DNA from: Octopus sinensis
Taxonomy: Eukaryota
DNA length: 64,000 nucleotides
NCBI RefSeq assembly: GCF_006345805.1
Contig: NC_043000.1
Location: 134,540,001-134,604,000, forward strand
Direction of reading: 5' to 3'
The notes under the pieces were generated by a model. The model did not search any database. It was not told where the DNA came from and saw only the letters and a program-made list of their open reading frames with translations. Shown piece after piece: positions 25,888 to 39,010 of this stretch (its first letter is position 1; each line of letters opens with the position of its first letter). A program made the position numbers and the translations under genes.

Positions 25888-26929
25888 CCCTGGATGGGAC
25901 ACCAGTTTGTTGCAGAATTACTCATTTTGACCAGCTGAGTGGACTAAAGCAGTGTGAAATGAAGTTTTGCTTAAGAACACAATGCATTACCGAGTCCAGG
26001 AATCAAAACCACAATCTTACAATCCTGAGTCCAACACCTTAACCACTAAACCATGTGCCTCCAAACTGGGATAGATTTGATTGACTAAAAACCCTTCAAC
26101 AGACATAACCCCATGGACTGCAGTGCAATGACAGAAACAAGTAAAAGAAATAAAGAATGTGCCAATGGGGGGGGGGGGTAATCATTATTTAATTATTTGC
26201 AAAAATTTCACCTCAGTCTTATGATCCAACAAACAACCTTTCAGTTAAATTTGTATTAAAATTTTATTCTCTCTTTTACTTTACTAATACATAAATGGAG
26301 ACAGACTTGAGATTTCCTATAATCACATTACTTCCCTGACTGCTGAAAACAAACTAATGACCCTTTTACTGTCTCCCCGGCAAAGGATTCTGCCCAAAAT
26401 GTTAAATTCTTTCCTCACAGCATAAAATTAATTCCACTGTTTGAACTAATGACTTTTTAGTCTGAGAGCACACTGTTTATACAATAATAGCAGTCTTTTA
26501 CATAATCAGCATGGTGACTTTTTTTTTTTTTTTTTGGTAACACTGCTTGTTGGAAAACATAACTAGTTACTTTGCCGAAAACAGGATAAATAACTTTTTT
26601 GGATCAAATTATATTTTTTTGTTTTATTGGACGGTTCTGGAGGAGAAGAAGATATTGAGCTTATAGCAGTTATGATAATAGTTTTTCATTCAATTGGAAA
26701 ATTTGCCCATAAACTGCCTTTGTCCAGCTATGAACCATTTTATATCACAAGGGCTATTCATCAGACTAATGAGTTATCTAAAAATAACACTTCACATTAT
26801 CATCATCTAATATCTGATTTTCAATATTCCCATAGGTTACATGGGTCCTCACTAGAAAGCATCTTATACTTATTACAATGCTTTGTTATCACCTTCATGA
26901 AGTTTAAGCTACTGAGATGAGCCTTCTTC

Positions 26930-28400
26930 CTATGACTTCCTATTCCACAGTTTATATCTATTTAGCTTGCTTGACACCTCTTTACTTGTCATCGTCTACA
27001 CACATCACATGCTCCATGATCATACTAGTGCAGTTTTCTCTCTTTCAAACTACAGCTGATTCTTCTTACATTCAGTTTTTCTCTCGCCTCATATGACCTC
27101 CACAGTTCATGCATGCTGACATTACACATCCAGCAGAATGTCTTTACCTCATTTCTAACTCTTGAACATCCACTGCATTCAAGATCTTTTTTTGCTACTA
27201 TGCAATATCATACATCATACAGAAACATCGCACAATCTACCTACCCCTCACTTGAATAGAGGACCCTGTGGTTGCCAACAGATATGTCTCCCTGAATTTT
27301 TTCCACCCTGTTTCTTACTCTGGCTACTAAGATTCTGAAACACTCAACTACATCACTAATTAGGTACTCTAGACAATGGAAGCTTTCTACTACTTCTAGA
27401 GAGCCGTCTAGAATTTAAGATATATTTCATAGGTGTTCTAACTGCTAACTATTTCTGTGCACTGTTACAATGAAGGCCCCCTTCTTTGTAAGCCTGCTTA
27501 TGCATCACTTATGCACCCATAATTTACAGTTTAAGAGTTCCTACTTACAGTGAGCAAGTGTTTGCTAGGGATCAGTTTTCAGTCCACTCCAATTCATCAT
27601 AGTTCTCCAAGCTATAATAGAGGTGTTTAAGACTGGGTGCCCAAGGAAACTCCTCTATGCTGATGACTTTGTTCTTATAGCTGAAGCTGTAGTAGATTTA
27701 GAAAACAAATTCCAGGTGTGGAAGTAAAACCTTAAATCAAAGGGCCTTACAGTTAACTTAGTAAAAACCAAAGTTTTAGTAAGCAGGAAAACAGACATGA
27801 TGCTACTCCCATCAGGAAACAGGCCCCTATTACTGTACACCTCTTCCCTCACACTATCTCCCTATTTTTCATCTATATAGTTGCATTACAATGCTGCTTG
27901 GCTCCCCACTTTTTGTACTGTCACTTACCTCCTCCACCCTGACCCACTCTTATTTCCTACAACTGTAGTTACCAAACTAAGAAACAGACATCGGTGGCTC
28001 TCCATCTTGGCACAAATGTGAAGCATATCTCATCTAACCTAATTTTCTTCCTAATTAGCTGTGCTATCTTTTTCTAATTTTTACGACTTGGTCCGTTAAT
28101 TTAATGCCTCTGATCAAAATGCCATCAATTTCAAAAGCTGGTCCCTCTACTGAGCCTACTTGAGTCTCTCTCTCTCTTGTGTATTCTCTTTATTCAGCAA
28201 CCCCTCCATAGTAGCATTTCCATGCCTCTTTCTTTAGCATCAGTGAGGTCAAATAACTTGTTAGCATTACTGATATACTTTTTACCAATGTTGTCTTAAC
28301 GTCTGTGATCCTCTCATCACTACTCAAAGCAGATTGTCACAGAGTAACTCTTACTTGTCTACCCTTCCCTTCTTGACATGTGCACGATCTAGTACTTCTT
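26930..28400 (-). mobile_element. Decayed RTE-clade LINE (ORF2) with an inverted internal segment
   Basis: Minus strand gives KEAWKCYY..LLNKEN, DQVVKI..AQLIRKKIRLDE, VSRNS..KLWVHK and LEVVESF. Plus strand 27551-27830 gives GCPRKLLYADDFVLIAE..KSKGLTVNLVKTKVLVS (YADD at 27656-67). Confidence 0.85.
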
Positions 28401-28601
28401 TGCACTTACGTTTGATCAAGGGATATTTCAGTTTCTATATTTTTCTTCTTTGGATAGTCTTGCATTTCTAGGTCAGTCTGCTTTGAGCCTGATGTCAATG
28501 AGTATTTTTTACATATCTCACAAACACCACAATTTTATATATAATATAATAATGAAATTATTGTATACAGTGCTCAGGTGCACCACAACAAAATAATGCT
28601 G

Positions 28602-28670
28602 GGGCTCGTCTGGGATTCGAACCCGGGACCTCTTGCACCCAAAGCAAGAATCATACCCCTAGACCAACGA
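28602..28670 (-). pseudogene. tRNA-Pro(TGG) retrocopy, lacking the first 3 nt
   Basis: Minus strand reads TCGTTGGTCTAGGGGTATGATTCTTGCTTTGGGTGCAAGAGGTCCCGGGTTCGAATCCCAGACGAGCCC, near-identical to the conserved metazoan tRNA-Pro. Anticodon TGG; one T-stem mismatch; flanked by a TSD. Confidence 0.9.
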
Positions 28671-29709
28671 ACAATTTTATCCTAAAATAATATAACAAAT
28701 TCACAGACCTACATGCTAAACATTACAGGATTCCCCCTAACTAGTGTCATCTTCCTTCCCCTTAAAAGAAACGTTAACTTGATGATTGAAATTATTACTA
28801 CATAGACATCCCATAATCCCTATACAATTCTTTATCTCACGCTGGTATGTGCAGCCTGGTATTCACCTAGGTGTAAGCGCGGTAAAATTTGGAGGGAAAA
28901 AAAAGGTAGCTTGCACCTAGTTATTCAGTTGACTACCTGAATGTCACATATCTGCTTAATCGGAGCTAACCTGGGGCTACACGTGACAATGCACAGAGAC
29001 GCATATGCGCACATGCACACACACACACATTACAGATTATAGATTAAACTTAACAGTTAATATAAGATTAAATTCAGCAGTTAATTTCAAAAGAGATTAC
29101 AGTTTTAACCTGTTAGCAATAACTCTAAATTCAAAATATATATATTTTTACTGATATTTCCTTTCATGAAATCTAATTTAAAATATATCTAGGCCATTTG
29201 TCACATTAAAGATACAACGATTACTTATAACCCCAACTTTTTTTTTCTATAATTCAAACAGTAATTATCACAAATTTAATCTCAACATACATAGCTAATA
29301 ATGATGATGATTTCATATTTTGGTATGGGGCCAATAATTTTTGAGGAGAAGATCAAGTTGATTACATTGACCCCAGCACTTGACTGGTACTTATTTTATC
29401 GACCCTGAAACGATGAGAGGCAAAGTCAACCTTAGCAGAATTTGAACTCAGATCGCAACAAGATGCCACGAAGCAATAATGATTTTGCTAGCTTGCTGCC
29501 TTAATTGTTTCAAATTTCTGCACAATGCCAGTAATTTTAAGGGACAGGTAAGTCAATTACAGCAACACTAGCACTTAACAAATATTTTATTTTATTAAGG
29601 GTGAAAGGTAAAAGCTGACCTCAGCAGTATTTGAACTCAGAAGGCAATGAGCCTGAAGAGATGCTGCTTTAGCATTTCTCTAAGGTGCTAACAATTCGGG
29701 CAATTCACT

Positions 29710-29927
29710 TTCTTCTTCTTCTTCTTAATAATAATGATGGTGATGATGATGATGATAATAATAATAATAATAAAAAGAAGGGGAGGAGGAGGCAGCAGCA
29801 ACAGAAGAAGAAGAAGAAGAAGAAGAAGAAGAAGAAGAAGAAGAAGAAGAAGAAGAAGAAGAAGAAGAAGAAGAAGAAGAAGAAGAAGAAGAAGAAGAAG
29901 AAGAAGAAGAAGAAGAAGAAGAAGAAG
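29710..29927 (+). repeat. Compound microsatellite (CTT)n-(GAT)n-(AAT)n-(GAA)~40
   Basis: Seen directly. Confidence 0.95.
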
Positions 29928-30168
29928 AGTCAAAGTGTTGGTCACACACTTGTTGAACTATAAATATATAACTTATTTACAGTGCTGCCATTTTCAAGCT
30001 AAGCAAATACAACGACTTAGACAAAGTCAGGTTCATCATTATGAAGTTGATATATATAAAACAAACCAGCTTCAAAAACCTGCAATCACTTGAAAGAAAG
30101 CATGCTAAAACACAATAAAGAATGGTGATAAAGAAAAAAAAAAACTTCTACATAGAATTCTACAGGCA

Positions 30169-30314
30169 CAGGAGTGGCTGTGTGGTAAGTAGCTTGTTTA
30201 CCAACTACATGGTTCTGGGTTCAGTCCCACTGCGTGGCACCTTGCGCAAGTGTCTTCGGGCCGACCAAAGCCTTGTGAGTGGATTTGGTAGACGGAAACT
30301 GAAAGAAGCCCGTC

Positions 30315-30374
<60 letters not shown>

Positions 30375-32042
30375 TTTGTGTGTCTGTGTTTGTCCCCCTA
30401 GCATTGCTTGACAACCGATGCTGGTATGTTTATGTCCCCGTTACTTAGCGGTTTGGCAAAAGAGACCGATAGAATAAGTACTGGGCTTACAAAAGAATAA
30501 GTCCCGGGGTCGATTTGCTCAATTAAAGGCGGTGCTCCAGCATGGCCGCAGTCAAATGACTGAAACAAGTAAATTAGAGTAAAAGAGAAAAGAGAGAAGT
30601 TATAGGCACAGGAGTGGCTGTGGGGTAAGAAGCTTGTTTCCCAATTGCATTGTTTCAGGTTCAGTCCCACTGTGTGGCACCTTGGATAAGTGTCTTCTAC
30701 TATAGCCTCGGGCCGACGAAAGCCTTGTGAGTGGATTTGGTAGATGGAAACTAAAAGAAGCCCATTGTTTATATGTATATATATGTATGTGTGTGTGTAT
30801 GTATGTGTGTCTGTGTTTGTGCCCCCCAACATCACTTGACAACTGATGCTGGTGTGTTTACGTCCCCGTAACTTAGCGGTTCAGCAAAAGAGACCGATAG
30901 AATAAGTACTGGGCTTACAAAGAATAAGTCCTGGGGTCGATTTGCTTGACTAAGGGCGGTGCTCCAGCATGGCCGCAGTCAAATGACTGAAACAAGTAAA
31001 ATAGAAAGAGAGTAAAAAAAAAGAGACAATTCTTTAAATCACTAACTGAACCTCATGAAGAAAAAGAATTAGCTAAAGCATGATTTTGTTAACTCTGAGC
31101 AAAAATGAAACAGAAAGTTTTTCATTTGCAAAACAAGACCAGGTACTATATACTTAACACCATTAAAAATGTATTCTAAAATGTGTGACAGTATTCTAAA
31201 ATAGGTGCAGGAGTGGCTGTGTGGTAAGTAGCGTGCTAACCAACCACATGGTTCTGGGTTCAGTCCCACTGCGTGGCATCTTGGGCAAGTGTCTTCTGCT
31301 ATAGCCCCGGGCCAACCAATGCCTTGTGAGTGGATTTGGCAGACGGAAACTGAAAGAAGCCTGTCGTATATATGTATATATATATATATATATATGTACG
31401 TGTGTGTATGTTTGTGTGTCTGTATTTGTCCCCCTAGCATTGCTTGACAACCGATGCTGGTGTTTTTACGTCTCCATCACTTAGCGATTCAACAAGAGAC
31501 CGATAGAATAAGTACTGGGCTTACAAAGAATAAGTCCCGGGGTCGATTTGCTTGATTAAAAGCAGTGCTCCAGCATGGCCGCAGTCAAATGACTGAAACA
31601 AGTAAAAGAGGAGGTTGAGAATACACCACATTTAATAAGCACATACACCAGCTTGTGGCAGGATCAACTCCTGGTAGTTAAGTCAGAGCATGCAATGTTA
31701 ATGACCAAAGATGTATGATTGAAACAGAGTATATGCAGGTTGTATGTACCATCTTACTAACTGTCTCTAATAAAAGATGATTTATATTATAATCTAGATT
31801 ACTATTTGGATTTATTTACATAATTTTGGGATATTACTCTTTTACTTGTTTCAGTCATTTGAGTGTGGCCATGCTGGAGCACCGCCTTTAGTCGAACAAA
31901 GCGACCCCAGGACTTATTCTTTGTAAGCCTGGTACTTATTCTATCGGTATCTTTTGCTGAACCACTAACTTGCAGGAGCGTAAACCCACCAACATCGGTT
32001 GTCAATGTGATGGTGGGGGGACAAACACAGATACACAAACAC

Positions 32043-32086
<44 letters not shown>

Positions 32087-32220
32087 GGCTTCTTTCAGTT
32101 TCCATCTACCAAATCTACTCACAAGGCTTTGGTCAGCCCAATGCTATAGTAGAAGACACTTGAGACTGAACTCGGAACAATGTAGTTGGGAAGCAAGCTT
32201 CTTACCCTAGTCACTCCTGC
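30169..32220. mobile_element. Cluster of four SINE family A copies (+ 30169-30597, + 30608-31015, + 31207-31610, - 31838-32220)
   Basis: Repeated CAGGAGTGGCTGTG heads and AGTAAAAGAG tails. Confidence 0.9.
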
Positions 32221-32223
32221 ACC

Positions 32224-32273
<50 letters not shown>

Positions 32274-32556
32274 TATAACATGACCACATGACTGACCAGG
32301 CTATCAGATGTTACACATCACTAATCACAATGCGTTTTTTGCATTGTTTTAGTCTTTAAACAATGCCATCCCACTGGCTAGGCATGCAGGCCAACAATCC
32401 CCCCTGATCAAAAGAGGGACTGGAGCAATGTGAAATGAAGTGTTTTGCTCAAGAACACAACAGACCGCACAATCAGGGAATCAAACCCTCAAGCTAGCAA
32501 TCATGAGTGCAACAGCCTAACCACTAGGTCATGAGCTTCACTATATATAAATAGAA

Positions 32557-32589
<33 letters not shown>

Positions 32590-32879
32590 AGAGGCTTAAT
32601 TAAAGGATAGTGTAGATTTTACAATGTACAAAGAAAATTATCTTGAACACATCTAGAAATACTTCCTTAAATAGAATTATTTTGACAATGTTAATTTTTT
32701 CCTCTCCATGTGAGATATTTGCATGAGGTCCATATTAAATATTTAATTGTTGCTTTATTTTTAAACACTTAATTAATTTATCATAAAGTACTTATTCTTA
32801 GTGTTCTATAGCTTTCTATAGCTTAGTGTTCTATAGCTTTCAGTTACCTGTATGCATAATTATCCAGCACAAGATTCTG

Positions 32880-33200
32880 TCGTTGTGATGTGGTGGCTTG
32901 CATGCTTCACTGACACCAAGAGCTATGCCAGCAGAGCACAAGCAAGCTCATGGCAGGACCTCCCATGCTGGACAGGTCAAAGGATAGTGGCCAGACGAAT
33001 ACAGACCACCTCTTCCCGGAGGTAAAAATAGATTTGTGTAGGACCAACACCCCTACCAAGAAAAAAAATACAGTTACCGAAGCATCAGAGACAATTCAAA
33101 ACCAATAAGACCTGAGAGAGGACAGCCCAGAGTTGAGGAGAGTGGAGAAAGGTCATCAGTGACCTATGCTCCATAGGGAGAAAAGAGCTTAAGTAAGTAT
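32880..33200 (+). mobile_element. Internally deleted LINE-derived element
   Basis: GC-richer block with a LINE-like 3' end (GAGAAAGGTCATCAGTGACCTATGCTCC) and a TAAG tail. Confidence 0.4.
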
Positions 33201-33485
33201 TCACATTATGTTGGTGTCAACCTAGCAGAACAGTCTTTTCACATTATAATGTAAAAGGTTTGTATTGCTAGGTTGAGATCAATAATCCAATAACTTGTTA
33301 TAGCCATAGAAATATTGCGAACAATATGAACTCATATTTCCCTTCAAGCTGATATAAAAAATAAGTTTCAGTAATATATCGCAATATTTTCTTTTACATA
33401 CATACATACATAATATATATATATATATATTATATATATATATATATATAATATATATAATATATATATATAATATATATATATG

Positions 33486-33538
<53 letters not shown>

Positions 33539-33644
33539 GTAATATATATACTTCCAACTACAGACATATCAAAATACACAAAAGGAAGCCAGCCTACATA
33601 GAATTTTGATATTACATAGACTGAAGGGTTTATTATACAAATAC

Positions 33645-33711
33645 CTCTACCAAAAACTTATTAATATTTTCCCAACTGTCCAGGTTAGTAGGTACAGTAT
33701 CTGCCCCATAT
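33645..33711 (-). CDS. Candidate exon (R)YGADTVPTNLDSWENINKFLVE
   Basis: ACTTTCAG| ... GAG|GTATTT; open frame, phase 2-0. Confidence 0.4.
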
Positions 33712-34289
33712 CTGAAAGTATTTCCAATTACCAACTGCCATAATGCATGAATTGCATATTAATTAATAAAATTCTATAAATCATTCATTTCTCAAATATT
33801 CATTTCTATGTGGTGTGAAATGATGAAATAACTATACATTGTCATGTTAGATATATATTATTGTGTTTAGCATTTCAGCATTTATTTGGCAAGAATTAAA
33901 CATAATACAGTAACACAAAGTATTGTAAAGAAAATAGAAAATGAAATTACCTCCAAAAATAAAATACAAGAGAAACACATATTCAATAATCCAAGGATAC
34001 AGTCAAAAGTATATTGTTTTTAAATGGTTGGAACAAGTCCGATAATAAAAGTATGATTAAGCAGTTTAGTGGCTTACAACTCTGAATTTAAATTTTGTCA
34101 ATATAGACTCAGACTATTATTTGTCTCAGTCAATAAAATTACTACCATTAAGCACACTATCATTAAGTGTTAAAAACTATAGTATACAAGCATATTAAAT
34201 TATAGGCTTACATCAATGTGTTTGAATAGCTAGGCTCTGTGACATAATGTACTTCTTGTTCGTTCTTGATCTGCAGTTCACAATGATGT

Positions 34290-34520
34290 ATATGAATGTG
34301 GCTTGAAGAAAACATTTAAATGTTCTTGAGACAGTTGAATGTAACTGGTGGCTTGTGAATGGAGTTGTAATGGAGTAACAACTTGTGTCCATTGTTGGAA
34401 CAAGACTGGACTACATCCAATAACACAGAATTAGTTCAGCCACTTCAAAGCAAACTAATAATGTCAAAGTACAGAAATTGCGTTTGATGGCCAAGAATCA
34501 ATCCTATTTTCAATGGCTCT
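34290..34520 (+). pseudogene. Tc1/mariner transposase remnant
   Basis: LEQDWTTSNNT...SKYRNCV*WPRINP resembles FQQDGAT.HT...WP.RSPD. Confidence 0.4.
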
Positions 34521-35972
34521 GGTCATAAACAGAAGAACTAGTGAGCAGGATAGGGCCAACTTGTGCTACTGAGGTACCCTGGGGACTATCAGAGTGCAAT
34601 GCTGTCCCAGTAATAGTGCCAGTTCAAGTGGAAACCACAGAGCCTGTTAAACATCAGGATTATAACTTCTTAAGCTTTTGAGACATCATCATCATCAAAA
34701 AGCCATTTTCCATGCTGGCATGGGTTAGACAGTTTGACAGAAGCTGGTGAGCCAGAGGACTATTGTACCAAGCTTTAGTGTATGTTTAAGCATGGTTTCT
34801 ATGACAGGATGCCCTTTTGTAATGCTGACCACTAAACAAAGTGTACAGAGTGCTTCTGACAAGCCCAGATACTTATTAGACTGATGTCCACAAATTTCAA
34901 CAGGTCTATAGGAACTGATTAGTAGCTTTAAACTTGATCACTGGAATGAATTAAATGATGGTAGTGCCTCCTATCAGAAAGGAGACTCCTATATTAGGCT
35001 TGTCTCATGATGTGGAACTTAGCGGTAGCACCACTCTCAACAAACACTAAAGAAAATAGCCTCTTAGATATCAAACAAGATGGTGAAATCTTCAAGAGAC
35101 TGAGTAACACAAAACAGAAAAGGAAAGTGTGTAAAAATACTAACAGAAAAGAAATTTCAATTAAGTACTGGACATAAAGTTAAATATGGTTTGCAAAAAA
35201 AAAAAAAGGAAAAAACTTTAGAAATATGAATTTATCTGAAAAGTGATTTTCTAAAAACTGCTAATGACAAACACTAAAAACTGCTAATGACAAACTCAGG
35301 TATGTTGACAGTATAACAAAATAAAGAAATATACTGTAAGCAAATATTGTAATGAGTAGCTAACTAAAGATTTAATTCATTTCTAATTGGCCTTATTAAG
35401 GGGTCAAATCTGCAAAAGACAGGAACACAAATGATTTTCTTATATAAACAGTGTTATTTCATAAGATTTTTATCCTTATTCATTCACGAAAGGTTGAGTT
35501 TTCAATTGACAATCAACACTCAAACAACAGACCAAGATATAACCAATGACAGGGTTATCTTGTATTTACAGACTGTAAGCGAGCAAGTGAGCGAGAGACA
35601 GAGAGAGACAGACAGACAGTCAAACAGAGACAGACAGACAGAGACAGAGAGTCAGAGAGAGAGACAGAGAGAGAGAGACAGAGAGCAACAGTGTGTGTGA
35701 AACTGCAAATTTTATTAGTGATATAATTTCATGTGTATGAAATGGGGATTTTCTTTCAAACACCTGAAAATTAGTAAGGTACAATAGGTGTTAGATTAAG
35801 GTCTTGAAATACTGATTACTTGATCATGAATTCAAATACTATTTTAGTCCAAACATTCTTTCCTGATAAAAGCGCATTACATGCATCAATACTTCTAGCA
35901 AGAAAATAGATTCCTATCCTATTTGATGATGAAGTGGTCAATATTAAAAGGGGTGCCTAACTGTAAAATTAC

Positions 35973-36005
35973 CTGCTGCAGCCTCTAATAGAAAAGTAAT
36001 TTAAC
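35973..36005 (-). CDS. Candidate exon (Q)LNYFSIRGCS
   Basis: CTCTATAG| ... CAG|GTAATT; phase 2-2, compatible with neighbours. Confidence 0.3.
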
Positions 36006-36215
36006 CTATAGAGAACTTAGGACAGCATAGTTAAAATGTGTGTGTATCTGTACAAAAGGCTTTTTTTTTTGTTTGGGGGGGGGTCTTTTTTTTTTTTTTT
36101 TTTTTTTTACAAGAACCACAAACCAGATGAATTAGAAGCTGCATATTCAAATAGAGAAGCTAAAGCAAAGCCACTAACTACATGAAGCAGATCAGTTCAA
36201 AGGGATCAATCTTAC

Positions 36216-36277
36216 TGAAAAGTCATGCTCCAGTACTCAAACAAGTGTATATATAAGACTATTCAAAACAAGCCACA
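36216..36277 (-). CDS. Candidate start-codon exon (UTR + ATG ACT TTT CA)
   Basis: Strong poly-T/CAG acceptor and CA|GTAAGA donor. All frames are closed upstream of an ATG near the 3' end. Confidence 0.35.
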
Positions 36278-36631
36278 CTGAAAAAAAAAAAAAAAATTAA
36301 AAAAAAAACTTCTGCACATTAGAATATTTAAATGATGTGAATAGTTTGCTGGAACTGTGTAAACTGATGTACACCATTATCCTTCAATAGTGTTAAGTTC
36401 CTAACTTTACTACAAGTGACTTCTTTTTACTATTTAGCAAGAAGAGGAGTGTGACACCCATGACTTCTGAAGACTCTCCTCAACTGGTGAGGGAGAAGTA
36501 GCAGATGTATAACTTGAACATTAATAAGTTAATGTAGGTAAACCAAATATAAGCAAAAAGGAAATTCCAGCAATCTATAGTTTTGGAGAGAAAGGTAATG
36601 AGGCACATCACCATCATCATCATCATTTTAA

Positions 36632-36851
36632 CCCTTTCGTTACTGTATTTATTTTGAGATGCTCTGTGTTTCTTTCAGTTACTTTAAATATAACAAAGGA
36701 TTTAGTAAAATAACTTAGTTATCATTCAGCTAGTGTTAGGAACATAAATTGTGACTAAGGTTTGGGGGAAGATTTTAATTCAGAACTTTTGAAAACAAGA
36801 CATTTATACTGAGAGCCAGAGCCGGTTTCAGCCAGGTTGGTAACGAAAGGG
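36632..36851. mobile_element. piggyBac-type MITE
   Basis: TTAA TSD, CCCTTTCGTTAC TIR; same family as 6229-6448. Confidence 0.8.
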
Positions 36852-37289
36852 TTAACATCCACTTTTCTATGCTTGCATGGATCAGACAAAATTTTGCTGA
36901 AGCAGATTTTCTATAGCCAAGATGTCTTTCCTCACCAACCTTCACTTCTTTCCAAGCAGAGGAAATATTTCTCCATGGTCAGACAAGAATGGAAAACAAA
37001 CATCACTTGCTTGAAGGTGATGCTCATTATTTACAACCATCATATCAACTCAGTTGGAGGGTTCCAAATACACACAATCATATACATATATGAAAAAAAA
37101 CAAAGACCAGAAAGTTTGATCAGTCTTAATACATGCTAACTCTGCAAATATCATTGACTAGAACTTCCAATTAGTTAGCATGTACACCTCATGTAAACCA
37201 AAACATCTACATGCATACTTTTGATTACCAAAACATGCATGTTTCATGAGGACACAGTTTGGATTATAAACCCTTCTATTCTATTCTCC

Positions 37290-37336
<47 letters not shown>

Positions 37337-38005
37337 GCGTCTGTGGCCATGCTGATGCACCGCCGTTGAATTAATACAGAATCTGGGTGAGATTGAACCC
37401 TGCCCAGGATCTTCAATGTGGTTGATTGCATATGTCCCTACCCACAGGACCACCAACAGTTTCTGAATACTAAACCCATTCACAAAGTATCAGTCAGCTT
37501 GGGACCAAAAGAGAAGGCACTTGCGCAAGATGTCACACAGCAGCACTAAACCTAATGCCATGTGGTTGGGAGGTAAACCTCTTAACCACATTGTCATGCT
37601 TACGCCAGTCGGAATAAAACTCGAGGAGAGGTGATTACATCAGGTATGATTCCTAGTTTAGAGGAGCAAAGCCATTGTAGTAATGATACACAAGGCCGAG
37701 AGAAGAAACAGTACAAAAATGGGTTTATGGCTTTAATGTTTTAGCGAGTATGGCTGTTGTTAGAGTGCATGCCAGAATGTAAGTATAGTAGCATAAACCC
37801 AGATGAAATTATATATATATATATAATTTAAAAATAGGATAAAATCTTTATAAGAATTTATCAAGTAGTTAGCGTGAAAAGCCTCATAAGGAAAAATCCA
37901 TTGATTTTTCTCTTAAATATATTTATTTATATTGAGGGCATTACTATACATAAATGCCACATGCTAAGAGGAACTCTTAAAGTCAAATATATATATATAT
38001 ATATA

Positions 38006-38040
<35 letters not shown>

Positions 38041-38057
38041 GTGTGTGTGTGTGTAAG

Positions 38058-38395
38058 CAATAATAATAAAGGGTAAAATTAATTAATTAATTAATAATTT
38101 CACCAAGTAGTTTGGTATGTTAAAAGAACCATTATCGGTAAACTTATACAAAAATTCTATAATTATGAGTATAATCATAATTAGGATTCAGCAAAATTTG
38201 CTTCACCACATACTGAAATTTAGAAATAGCAGTTAAACAACGATTTCTCTACCATAAGAGTTGTCAAGTATTGCTGTCTGGGAGATATTTTATGGTAGTA
38301 AAGTAGTAGTTTAACTGTTATTTCTAAATTTCAGTATGTGGTGAAGCAAATTTTGCTGAACCCTAATTATAATTATACTCATAATTATAGAATTT
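38058..38395 (-). mobile_element. Fold-back element, same family as 3423-3990
   Basis: Inverted arms sharing GGTTCAGCAAA...TTTAGAAATAGCAG and the distal tail. Confidence 0.6.
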
Positions 38396-38559
38396 GGGTG
38401 TGTGTGTGTGTGTGTGTGCATGAGCAAGATAGCCTCCACTGGCCCACTGCATCTTATTGAACTATCTAACCCATGCTAAAATGGAAAGCAAAAATAAAAT
38501 GATGACACTGATAATGATCGTGATTGTAATGGTGTATTCTGATAAGAAATGGAGATTGA

Positions 38560-39010
38560 AGTGAATGCTGCCTGTGTGCATAGGAACGTAGTAAGAATTA
38601 ACAAGTAGATCATTAATGTATAGAAGGAAGAATGTGGGACACATAATCAAACCCTAGGAATCACTAGAATTGACAGAATGTGGATCAAAGAACCCCTACC
38701 AATGTATGAGATGGGAGGGGTTCACAGGCAGGCATCATAACTGGAAGGCTCACATGCTAGACAGGAGCATGAGGTTTTTGCTGATGTCAAAGACAAACTA
38801 CATGCTTTTATTAAAGTTCTCAAAAGTGAAAGGTCAAGTTTGTGTGATACAGGAGAGTAGCCCTCCCTACTCCTGTAGATCTGGCTTCAGAGGAACATTA
38901 TCACTCAAAAGAGAAAGAAACTGAAGGTAATAAAGAAGGTGGTTGTTTATGGCTATTTCCATCACCTTTGAGATGTTGGAAATGTGAGTGATCATACGGT
39001 GGTAGTTAGT
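38560..39010 (-). mobile_element. Decayed CR1/L2-group LINE RT fragment
   Basis: NYHRMITHISNISKVMEIAINNHLL..LLSDN; FDISK; PTFFLLYINDLL. Confidence 0.8.

Noticed and set aside
27551-27830. Classical twin-priming 5' inversion
   Set aside because: Sense-strand upstream RTE sequence continues beyond the inverted block
28602-28673. Functional tRNA-Pro gene
   Set aside because: The first three bases come from the TSD and break the acceptor stem; T-stem mismatch; treated as a retrocopy
29685-30093. Poly-K/L/S/R ORFs
   Set aside because: Translations of the (GAA)n compound microsatellite
24537-31680. Further frame-compatible exon candidates (24537-24566, 26212-26237, 26332-26437, ~29985-30110, ~31647-31670)
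   Set aside because: Weak acceptors and random-looking composition; likely over-fitting
33645-36277. Resemblance of the candidate N-terminus to GST (YFSIRG) and of later pieces to STING or GPCR TM6
   Set aside because: Only short motif-level likeness; diagnostic residues are missing, so no gene name is assigned
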